NCBI GenBank assembly: GCA_964016885.1
Contig: OZ024741.1
Span: 112,964,001 to 113,028,000, forward strand
Source: Eledone cirrhosa
Lineage: Eukaryota
DNA: 64,000 nucleotides
Direction: 5' to 3'
The notes under the pieces were generated by a model. The model searched no databases, was not told the DNA's origin, and saw nothing but the letters and a program-made list of their open reading frames with translations. Shown one piece after another: positions 1 through 10,099 of this stretch. The position numbers and the translations under genes were made by a program. Position 1 is the first letter of the stretch. Every line of letters begins with the position of its first letter.

Positions 1-435
1 AAGCGATCAAGTGAAGGTGCTATGGAATTTCAGGATACAGACAGGACAAGAAATTAAAACACAATAAGCTTGACCTGATGGTTTTTGACAAGGAAAAAAG
101 ATTGTGCCTGATTGTAAATGTAGCCTGCCCATTAGACACAAGAGTGCAAGAAAAGGAGAAGGAGAAAATTAACCGATACCAGGATTTAATGTGGGAGTTA
201 AAAAGGATTTGGGACTGTCATGAGATCAAGGTCATTTGAATTGTCATAGGAGCACTAGGTACTATCTCAAATAGTTTTCAAGGATGGTTAAAAAACATTA
301 GTCCAGCCCTCTTTTTTGGAACACTAGAACAGCAAGAACCCTCCAATACGTCCTGAATATTTGATGCTGCAGGTAGTGGCTTGATGTTCATTTGAACAAA
401 CTTTCCAGTTAAATAACATCAATGACTGAGACACC

Positions 436-488
<53 letters not shown>

Positions 489-500
489 TAATAATGATAA
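1..500 (+). mobile_element. 3' end of an R4/Dong-clade (restriction-like endonuclease) non-LTR retrotransposon, degenerate, ending in (TAA)n
   Basis: Manual translation with one frameshift and one stop gives VKVLWNFRIQT..HNKLDLMVFDKEKRLCLIVNVACPLDTRVQEKEKEKINRYQDLMWELKRIW..VI*IVIGALGTI, matching the RLE domain pattern. A short 3' UTR is followed by (TAA)n at ~436-500. Confidence 0.85.
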
Positions 501-1027
501 TTTCTTCATTAGCCACAAGGTGCTGCTGATAGAATATAGTAAACATCATAAACATAGAGGATACAATACATGTGGTGCTGGACAAAGTTATATAAAAGTG
601 AGGCTGGGAGTAAGGACATTATTCAATAGACAGATTAATCTAATGTAACATGAAACTATTATAGAACAAAGTAATTAACACAAAATATGATTTAAAATAT
701 GAAAAAAAAAAACATTTCAGGAGATTTTGCTGATTCCTGGTATAAAAGGCATGCTGGTTGAGTAATAATGTGGGACATTCTGACTTTACTTTACAGAATG
801 CACCATTTGCCTTTATCACTATGCAGGTCATTATGACATTGAGAAAGCTGGAGAGCCCTTCTGACCCTTTGTTTGGCACCTTTTTTATAGTTGGGTACCT
901 TTCTTACCATCAACTACTTTACAGAGTATACTGGTCCATTGTGTACATTACCAACACTAGAGTAGTTGTCATGCCTTTGACCTTTGACACAACTGAAGAG
1001 CCCATCCAACCCTTTGAGTTAATTTAA

Positions 1028-1232
1028 TAGTTGCTGATTTAGGCACAAGACTAACAATTTGGGAGAGGGGAATTCGATTAAATCAACCTCTGTACATTAC
1101 TGCTTCTTTATTTTATTGACTTTGTGGATAAAATGCAATGCTAACCTTGGTGGGATTTAAAGTCAGAATGTAAGTGATGGAATTGTATGTCACCAAGCTT
1201 GTTGTTTAATGCGCTATCGATTCTACCCATCA
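1028..1232 (-). mobile_element. Degenerate Meta-domain tRNA-derived SINE
   Basis: Collinear with the younger copy at 32909-33125 (aggcacaag..aattt.ggg.gagggg..tcgattaaatc..). Confidence 0.7.
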
Positions 1233-1720
1233 ACTATGTAATGCTGGAATGTTTGTAAGATGTCACATTTTGAAAATGTACAATAATTTACTTAGCAAGA
1301 TTTGTGTAAGTTTCAATATATTTGCCATAGTCATTGAACAGAACGATGTAGCCATGATAATTGGTTGTGTGAATGGTTAGTTTTTATTAGTTAGCAGCAT
1401 AGTATTAGTTTTTGTAAATATGTAATCTTTTATTCTTTTACTAGTTTCATTCAAATATTTATTCGTTCATATTGACGCCTGTATTTATTTCTTTTCAAGT
1501 CTGTTACTTATTTTATCATTCTCTTTTTATCAAATCACTAAATAATGGGAGTCCAACAAATACATGCACATATACATTTGTATGTATATATATATCATAT
1601 ATATATTCCTGCTATATCAAGTGTTAACCTAATATATACTTTCCATATACTGTACCGATTGTGTTGTTATTTCTGTTTACCTTTTACATACATATATATA
1701 TATTAACGGAAAAATGAAAC

Positions 1721-1764
<44 letters not shown>

Positions 1765-1850
1765 GGTATTAATGAAACGAAATTACTGTACTTCTGTATA
1801 CATATATGTATGTACGTGTACATACTTATATATATATATATATATATATA

Positions 1851-3755
1851 TCATCATCATCATCATCATCACCGTTTTACATCCGTTCTTCCACGCTAGC
1901 ATGGGTTAGACGGGTTGTCCTGTTGTGGGCAGTGTCTGGTCGGCTGACCATGCCTTGCTCATACAGGAACTGATTTGGCTTGATTTCTACAGCTGGATGC
2001 CCTTCCTAACACCAACCTCATTTACAGTGAGTGCTGGGTGCTTTTTCGTGGCGCCTACATGTCCACTTTACAGTGTGGGCTGGGTGCTTTTTTGCCGTGG
2101 CACCTCCACGACCACCTTGCGGTGGGGGGGTGTGGGGGCATATTGTCTATATGCTTCAGCTTGTACCCATGGGTGGGTCGGGTACTCTGTATTACTGCGT
2201 GACGCCAGAGGTCACGGTTGTGTGTCATTGCCTTTGAGAGGTGTAATTGGATAAGGTCGGCTTTTATCACCTCATCCCAGGTCATCTTGGGTCTCCCCAC
2301 TCCGCGGTTTCCATCGACTTCTAGTGCTTTGCACCTTTTTATGCAGCTGTCATCCTTAATACGCATCACATGTCTATACCAGCGCAACCGCCTCTCCTGC
2401 ACACAGCATTTGATTCCTCTTATGCTCAGTCTCTCTCTCAATTCATTTATGCTTTGTCGTTCACGTGTATTACTGTTACACATCTCTCTAATCTACGCAA
2501 GTCTTCCACCTTCAGCGCCCAGGTCTCACTACCATGCAACATCGCTGTTGGGATACACACATCATACAGTCTGCCTTTCATTTTGAGGGAGAAGCCTTTT
2601 GCAGCTAGCAGTGGCAGTAGTTCCCTAAACTTCTTCCATCCCGTTCTTACCCTAGTTATTGTACTTTCTCAACACCCACCTCCGCTGCTAATTCGGTCAC
2701 CTAGGTAGCAGAAGCTGTCTACTGTTTCTACAGAGCCCTCCCAGAGATTGGTGGTACTTGTTTCCTGTGGCTGTTTGCTGCTTGCTGTCCCAGCACAGCT
2801 GCTCCATGTGAAGCCTACATTCTTAATTAAGCTTCCTGAGATCCCGCTACATCTCTTGTGTACCCATTGTTTGCATTTGGGGCAGAGAATGGAGTTCCTA
2901 CCTACACCTTTCCTACATACTGAGCAAGGCCATTTCCCTGAGGGGATCTGGGTTCTGTTTTCTCGTCTACTTACAAGGACCTTAGTCTTTGTCATGTTGA
3001 CTTTGAGACCCTTTCTTTCTAGTCCCTGCTTCCAAGTTTGGAATTTATTCTCTAGTTCTACCATAGATTCAGCTATAAGTGCGAGGTCATCAGCATACAG
3101 GAGTTCCCATGGACATCTGGTCTTAAACTCCTCCGTTATTGCCTGCAGTACTATGATGAACAGGAGGGGGCTAAGAACAGAGCCCTGGTGGACCCCAACC
3201 TGTACGCTAAATTCCTCGCTATACTCATTGCTAATCCTAACTTTGCTCACTGCTCCCCTATACATGGCTTGTACCACTTTCACAAGCCATTCATCTACTC
3301 CTAGTTTTCTAAGAGCCCACCAGATTACAGCACGTGGAACTCTGTCAAAGGCTTTCTCAAGGTCGACAAATGCCAAGTAGAATGGCTTACTTTTAGCTAG
3401 GTACTTTTCCTGTAACTGCCTCACAAGGAAGAGGGCATCAGTGGTGCCTCTTCCTGGTACAAACCCAAATTGCATCTCGTCTATTTTCACCTGGTCCCTA
3501 ATCAACTGGGCTATAACTCTTTCTGTTACTTTCATGACCTGGTCCATCAACTTTATACCTCTATAGTTTCCTCTATCTAGTGCATCACCTTTACCTTTGT
3601 AGCAGTTGACAATGATGCTACTGCACCAATCTTTTGGTATGACACCTTCTAGTATTACCTGGTTAACAATACGTGTGGTTATAGTGTGACCTACAGACCC
3701 AGATGCCTTCAACATCTCGGCAGCTATACCCGATGGACCGGTTGCCTTCCCCATC

Positions 3756-3760
<5 letters not shown>
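1851..3760 (-). mobile_element. 5'-truncated RTE-clade LINE with (ATG)n tail, inserted in (TA)n
   Basis: RT ORF 2669-3760, C-terminal ORF 2055-2483 (RLRWYRHV..GRPKMTW), 3' UTR and (CAT)n at 1851-1871 on the + strand. Highly similar to ~40275-42209. Confidence 0.95.
2669..3760 (-). pseudogene. RTE reverse transcriptase fragment (363 aa) with C-terminal PHD-like Cys/His finger
   Basis: Motifs NYRGIKL, QFGFVPGRGTTDA, AFVDLEKAFDRV, GVHQGSVLSPLLF, LLYADDL, and CSVC..CPKCKQWVHKRC. Ends at a premature TGA. Confidence 0.93.
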
Positions 3761-3797
<37 letters not shown>

Positions 3798-3799
<2 letters not shown>

Positions 3800-3967
3800 T
3801 TATTCCGGGTTGAATTGGAGGTAACCACAGTAAGCAAGGTACTCAATACATAGCAGAGTATAAATGTTTCAATATAGAAGAGGTTCTACAGGACTAGAAC
3901 TGTTTCATTCCTGATGATTTCTCACAAATGAAACAGTTCTAGTCCTGTAGAAGCTTTTCTATATTAA
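3798..3967. mobile_element. Short Penelope-like pLTR fragment with 39-bp inverted repeat and degenerate hammerhead-like core
   Basis: Arms 3871-3909 and 3927-3965. CTGATGA at 3911 and GAAAC at 3930, but stems I and III are poor. Flanked by TA runs. Confidence 0.5.
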
Positions 3968-3978
3968 AATATATATAT

Positions 3979-4314
3979 GGAGGCATGTGGCTTAGTGGTT
4001 AGAGCATTGGCCTTTCAATCGAAAGGTTATGAGTTCAATTCTCAGACCGGGTGATGTGTTGTTTCCTTGAGCAAGACACTTTATTTCACATTGCTCCAGT
4101 TTACTCAGCTGTAGAAATGAGATGATAGGGACTGGGGTCCATATCATTCCACTGCAAAGTGGTCGTGGACGTGCCATGGCAAAAAAGCACCCAGCACTCA
4201 CTGTAAATGAGGTTGGCGTTAGGAAGGGCATCCAGCTGTAGAAATCAAGCCAGAATCAGTTCCTGTCCCACCCTTGCAAGCAGGGAAAAGCGGAAGTAAA
4301 TGAAATGAAATGAA
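3979..4314 (+). mobile_element. tRNA-derived SINE with CORE-like centre and RTE-derived 3' tail
   Basis: A box (tggcttagtgg), B box (gagttcaattc), ccttgagcaagacact core, then the RTE 3' UTR and a (gaaat)n tail. A second copy lies at 63049-63423. Confidence 0.85.
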
Positions 4315-4460
4315 TACATATATATATATGATATATATATGATATATATATGATATATATATATATATATATATCATATATATATATATGATATATACAT
4401 ATATATATATAATATATATATATATATATAAATGATATAGATATATATATATATGATATA

Positions 4461-4775
4461 TATTATAAAGAAAACGAAAAGTCAGTGATGCATCTGGACT
4501 TATTTTATTGCGTATTACAAATGTTTCGCCGGCAAATTGCTCGAGACATGGTCCTTGTATGGATCTGGCTGATTCTACTTCTGCGGGTTCTTTCAGACCC
4601 GGTTGTTTCGTCCGGAGAAAATTTTATCACTGGGGTGTTATCATAAAAAAACACCCTCAAAAAACCCTATTTCCACTCTTATCATGCCATTGGCTGTTTT
4701 TACTCCACGTCATCACAAGTTCTGGTCAGTATCTGCTGCCACATGGTTCATCAACCATTTTCCGTCCGACACATT
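4461..4775 (-). mobile_element. Penelope-like pLTR arm, inverted partner of 9116-9430
   Basis: Reverse complement of 9116-9430 with scattered differences. Contains a damaged hammerhead (CTGAAAGA..GAAACATTTGTA, 4511-4601). Confidence 0.65.
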
Positions 4776-5140
4776 TCGATGGAGTCATGCTGGGTTCAGT
4801 ACTTCACACGTTTGCTCACACTTCAGAGTAAGCACCCACACATACTAAAATACACACATAAACACACACACATGCAGACACATACCTATTTATGCATACA
4901 CACACGTACGCCTACATGCGCAGACACACACACTCCTACATCGAAGTATATATACACACACCCTCTCTCCCTCACTTCCACGGACCCAGTCACACCCACT
5001 TGTTGATACATACCGCCAAAAGCCTTCTGACGGCTGATTACTTCGTGCCCTGTATCAGTTGGGATAAGCATATCCTCCTCAAACATATACATATATACAT
5101 ACATAGGCGCGCACATATACATACGCCCAACCTTCTATAC

Positions 5141-5228
<88 letters not shown>

Positions 5229-5339
5229 TCTTATATATAAAGTGAAGATGGGCATTGTTTGGTGTTCCCAACTTGCATGCTACACCGTTCATCCAATGTT
5301 CATGAAACCTCACACATATATAAAACTCAACGCGTAGAG

Positions 5340-5660
5340 TGGAATAGGCTACTTGAAATTTTCGAAAAATCGATAATGGCGACCCCAGAAGCCAAAAATC
5401 GATATTTTCAAAAATCGATGAAACTCGACGCAAGTGTGTATTTTGTTTCGGGGATAAACGTGCGCTACATCAAATTTTCGAAAAATCGATAATTGGATCA
5501 CCAGAGGCAAAAATCGATATTTACGAAATTTGTCCGATTCCAATGAAATTTGACGTAGGTATGTATTTTGATGCGGGGATTAACGTGGGATACTTGAAAT
5601 TGTAAAAAGAAAATCGATAATCGGACCCCCAGAGGCAAAAATCCGGCAACCGAAAAACGA
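5340..5660. repeat. ~120-bp subterminal tandem repeat (about 3 units) inside the Helitron
   Basis: Recurring aaaatcgataat.g..accccaga.gc.aaaaatc...ggggat.aacgtg block. Confidence 0.75.
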
Positions 5661-5934
5661 CATTCTTCTTGCTTACATTTGTCGCGACTCCCGCCATGCA
5701 AAAAACGTTCAATCTATCAGGATTATCTACCGTAAGTCTATTTAAATTAACGCTCACCATATTCAGCAAACCTTTTATGCCGATTCTTCCATTTCTTATA
5801 TAAGGACTATCAAAACTATACCGCCGCGCATCATCCTGTATTGCACCCAGTCTTCTCAAGCGATCATCGAGCCTCCATGCGCTCCCTTTATTCCCGTGGT
5901 CCCACTACCGTACCATAATGAGGCATCCGTCAAA

Positions 5935-6885
5935 CTCTGCCCTCTCCCTTCCCTGCACGCCGTCGACCTACTGCATCGTTGTGCATCACCATGCGCATCT
6001 CTGCATTGTCAGCTGCAATTCATTCCCCGGCCCTTTCCATAGCCTGCCCTCCGTGGTCCCTAAGGACTGCCATGGCTCAACATGCCGAATCCCTGCCACC
6101 GTCCACCCCTGCCCATTTCCATTGCCTACACTCCGGGAGAGCTCAAGACTTCCAGGCCTGACCAAGCCGCATCCCTGCCACCGTCAACCCCTGCCCTCTC
6201 CCTTCCCTGCACGCCGTCGTCCCACTGCATCGTCATGCCTCACCATGCCGCATTACTGCCCTGTCGGCCACCATCCCCTCCTCAGCCATTTTTTTTTGGC
6301 CTGCCCGCCGTACTCCTTCAATACTGCCTTGCCTAACTAAGCCGCATCCCTGCCACCATCAAGTCCTTCCTTCTCACTTCCCTGCACGCTGTCGTCCCAC
6401 TGCATCGTCATGCCTCACCATGCCGTATCCATGCTCTGTCAGCCACCATGCCCTCCCCTCCCCTCTCCCTTACCCGCACGACTTGGTCCTTCACGAGTGC
6501 CATGGTTCACCATGCAGAATCCCTGCAACCGTCAATCCCGGCCATCTCCCTTCCCTGCACGCCGTCGTCCCACTGCATTGTCATGCATCACCATGCCGCA
6601 TCAATGCTCTGTCAGCCGCCATCCCCTCCATGGCCCTTTCTTTTTCCTGCCCGCAGTGCTCCTTCAAGACTGCCATGGCTCACCATGTGGAATCCTTGCC
6701 ACCGTCCACCCATGCCCTCTTCCTTGCCTGCTGGCCGTCGCCCCACTACATCTTCATGCCTCAGGATGCCGCCTCCATGCACTGTCAGCCACCATCCCCT
6801 CCTCGGCCCTTTCTTTTGCCTGACCGCCGTTCTCCTTCAAGACTCCCATGGCTATCTATGCCGCATCAATTCCTTGCCACCCGCT
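5935..6885. repeat. GC-rich degenerate tandem repeat inside the Helitron
   Basis: Repeated ctgccaccgtc.acccctgccctctcccttccctgcacgccgtcgtcccactgcatcgtcatgcctcaccatgccgcat modules, recurring about every 180-250 bp. Confidence 0.8.
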
Positions 6886-7660
6886 TAAACGTCATCAGTA
6901 TGGCTTATTGTTGCCTCATTTGATCACCGATTTTCGCAGGCTAAACACAATACCAACGTGCATGATAGTCCATGGTAAATCTTTTTAATTACATGTTCTT
7001 GAGGCTGTTGCAAAGGGCAATAACCCTAGACGCAATTTTGATCAACTTTTTTTCACATATAGCAAATTTACCGGGACAGGTCTTTAGCTACTCAAATCTA
7101 CTTCAGAGGTCACGCATTCATGTAAAAAATCAATAAAACTGAAGCGGGGGTTCGACTTTGCGCAAAAAAGAAGGCAAAGTTGCAGATGGGATAATTTTTT
7201 ACAGGAACGTCCGATTTTCGTGAAAACTGTCGCAAATGATTCGTCCATTATGCCGTGATTCAGATAAAGTTCCTTTTATTTCTTCTTCTGCACATGTGAG
7301 CGCCAAAATTGTAAAAAAAAAAAAAATTTGAAAAAATCGACTTTTTCACCCTGCTTTAAAAATCAACTGAAATTTCAATTTCAAGTTAATTTGACTTCCG
7401 TCAGTCTTGCAAAGAACAATTTCAACGATACACTCTGAACCTACAATTGATCCATTATTTATGCTCAATTACACACCTGCGTATACTAACCTCTATTTTT
7501 TCCCTTGAGGTTCGAAGGTTTTTGCACCTGTGATGCGCGGGAAGTAACTTTCAAACATTTTAACAACAGACCAAAGGTCGACTTACACCCGGGCAACGCC
7601 GGGTACTTCTGCTAGTATATATATATATACACTCATAATACACATATATACATACACACA

Positions 7661-8429
7661 TCATCATCATCATCATTCTTCGACTACTGTCGAGATGATG
7701 GATCTCACTCTCATGCCCCAGAATTCCCTGTCCCCCATCGCTGCCCCCAAGTCTCGTCTACTGATTCCCGTATCCCTAGAGATCATTATGATCAGAAACA
7801 GGACCCGGGAAAGCAGGGGCTGGACCCACATCAACAGGTATACCATATAGTGTGGTTCCCTGAGGAACAGGAACCCTGGTGCAGTCAGTTGCGAAATCCA
7901 TCATCTTTTCAAATAGCTAATAATGTGTGTGGGCGCCACTACTACACACATGTGAAAGAATTTGACAGCCAAGTCTTGAAGAAGGTGCTTTCTTCTCCGT
8001 GTGGTGGGTTACCCGGCGCCAGATACCAACCTGGCATTTATACCCTCGCCTTAATTGTTCGTGTTGCAAGCACTAGAGTAGTCGCTAACCAAAGCTACGG
8101 ACCCACTCTATCCGTCTGGAGATACGTTGTACTAGCTTACCAGTATACTAGTAGCAGGAAGTAACGTCAGGGAATGTGACTTTTCCGGCACTGCAGCGCC
8201 TTTCGGCGGGCCGTGCTGGTTTTGGATGGCCATTGACTCCAAGAGCTCTAAGAGCTCCCAGGAGTCCCTTTGCCCTTTGACAGGTTTTGTTTTTAGTCCT
8301 GCAGGATGTCCAAAGTCGCCCTCCTCGCCAAGAAATCTTGGTGGGGTTGCCAGTTTAGTCGCCAACGACCCGACCATGAGACAAGTTGTACTGGGATACA
8401 TGTTACCAGTAGCACCAACTGGTGACCTA
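7661..8429 (-). mobile_element. Internally deleted non-autonomous RTE derivative (putative 5' UTR fused to 3' end, (ATG)n tail)
   Basis: The minus-strand 3' part encodes an RTE C-terminus (ISRDTGISRRDLGAAM/DREFWGMRVRSIISTVVEE*) followed by (ATG)n. The 5' part is GC-rich and structured. Possible TSD acatacacacat (7650-7661, 8430-8441). Confidence 0.7.
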
Positions 8430-8611
8430 ACATACACACATACATACATACATACATACGTACATACACATACGTACATACATACACATATGTGTATACA
8501 CATATATATATATATACACACATATACATACATACACACACATATATATATGTATACTCAGACATGTCCACACATACAAATACACATACGTACATAAACA
8601 TTACCTACACA

Positions 8612-8689
<78 letters not shown>

Positions 8690-9024
8690 GACGCAACAGA
8701 AAAGAGACAACTTAACATGCATACGCACATCCACATATATACATACAAATACCTACGCATATTCCGATATACATACATCTACACATGCATACGCATACGT
8801 GTTGCCACATGCATACACCTGCACATATGTATATCTGCCTACACACACATGTGCTTCCACATATACATATATGAACACAACTGTAAGTTAAAGGTTAAAA
8901 ATACATTATGCAATAAAAAAACAATATGCCATAAAATAACGGTAAATTACCGTAACATAAAGAAATATACAATGTAATATAATATACAATATGATATATA
9001 CATATATATATATCTCTCCCCCTA

Positions 9025-9055
<31 letters not shown>

Positions 9056-9115
9056 TATACATACATATACGGATATATACGGATATATAAAGGATATGTG
9101 ATAAAGTAATACAAC

Positions 9116-9430
9116 AATGTGTCGGACGGAAAATGGTTGATGAACCGTGTAGCAGCAGATACTGACCAGAACTTGTGATGACGAGGAGTACAAACAGCCA
9201 ATGGCATGACAAGAGTGGAAATAGGTTTTTTTTAGGGTGTTTTTTTTATGATAACACCCCAGTGATAAAATTTGCTCCGGACGAAACACCCGTGTCTGAA
9301 GAACCCGCAGAAGTAGAATCAGCCAGATCCATACAAGGACCATGTCTCGAGCTACATGCCGGCGAAACATTTGTAACACGAAATAAACTAAGTCCAGATG
9401 CATCACTGATTTTTCGTTTTCTTTATAATA
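9116..9430 (+). mobile_element. Penelope-like pLTR arm carrying a hammerhead motif and AATAAA
   Basis: Inverted partner of 4461-4775. Hammerhead motif at 9291-9380, AATAAA at 9382-9387. Confidence 0.65.
9291..9380 (+). ncRNA. Type I hammerhead ribozyme motif with long stem II insert
   Basis: cgtgt-CTGAAGA-[61 nt, imperfect acc.gca/tgc.ggc base]-GAAA-CATTTG-TA-acacg. Stem I is a perfect 5 bp; cleavage triplet GUA. Confidence 0.6.
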
Positions 9431-9676
9431 TCTACACTCTACTCTGATGAATATCGAGTGCTAATTTTGGCATACCGCCTATGGATGCACCATAGCTAAC
9501 ATTATACACAACTATATATGATATATATATGTATATATATATATATCATATATATATATATATATCATATATATATTTATTAAAATAACAGATTAAAGTT
9601 TAAGCAATATATCATATATATTTTTATATATATACGATATATATATATATGATATATATATATATATATATATGAT

Positions 9677-9742
<66 letters not shown>

Positions 9743-10099
9743 ATATATATATATGATATATACACATTTTTGTACAGCATTAACGAAGCTTTAGTTTGCG
9801 GCCAAGCTAACGAATGCAAATTCGGTATGTAGTTTTAGCACTCGAATGGGAATAGTACCCCAGAGTAATAACAATACGTTTAGACAGCTTAGTAAATCAA
9901 ATATAGCGATCGGCAGTCCAGCCGCATTACCACAGCAACGAGAATGGTTGGTCTCAGGAAAAGATTTTAGACTGACCTGGACATAACGGTGAGACCGAAT
10001 GCAACATATAATGCATATCGTATGGCATACGATATACATCACATACAGCACACAACATCAGCGCTAGGTTTCTGCAAATATATATATATATAATATATA

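Larger units (their letters stand above)
5226..7615 (+). mobile_element. Non-autonomous Helitron
   Basis: 5' A|TCTTCTTATATATAAA; 3' hairpin acccgg-gcaacg-ccgggt (7587-7604) then CTAG|T; inserted at an AT within (TA)n; CpG-rich with internal tandem repeats. Confidence 0.85.

Noticed and set aside
2748-3380. 210-aa plus-strand ORF and other ORFs antisense to LINE coding regions
   Set aside because: Antisense shadows of RT coding sequence.
3979-4055. tRNA gene
   Set aside because: It is a SINE head with A/B boxes that continues into the core and RTE tail; no complete cloverleaf.
5918-6923. Pro/His/Cys-rich ORFs
   Set aside because: Open in several frames because of a stop-poor GC-rich tandem repeat.
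9438-9870. Short inverted similarity (tcgagtgctaa..cataccg / cggtatg..ttagcactcga)
   Set aside because: Too short and diverged to define an element.
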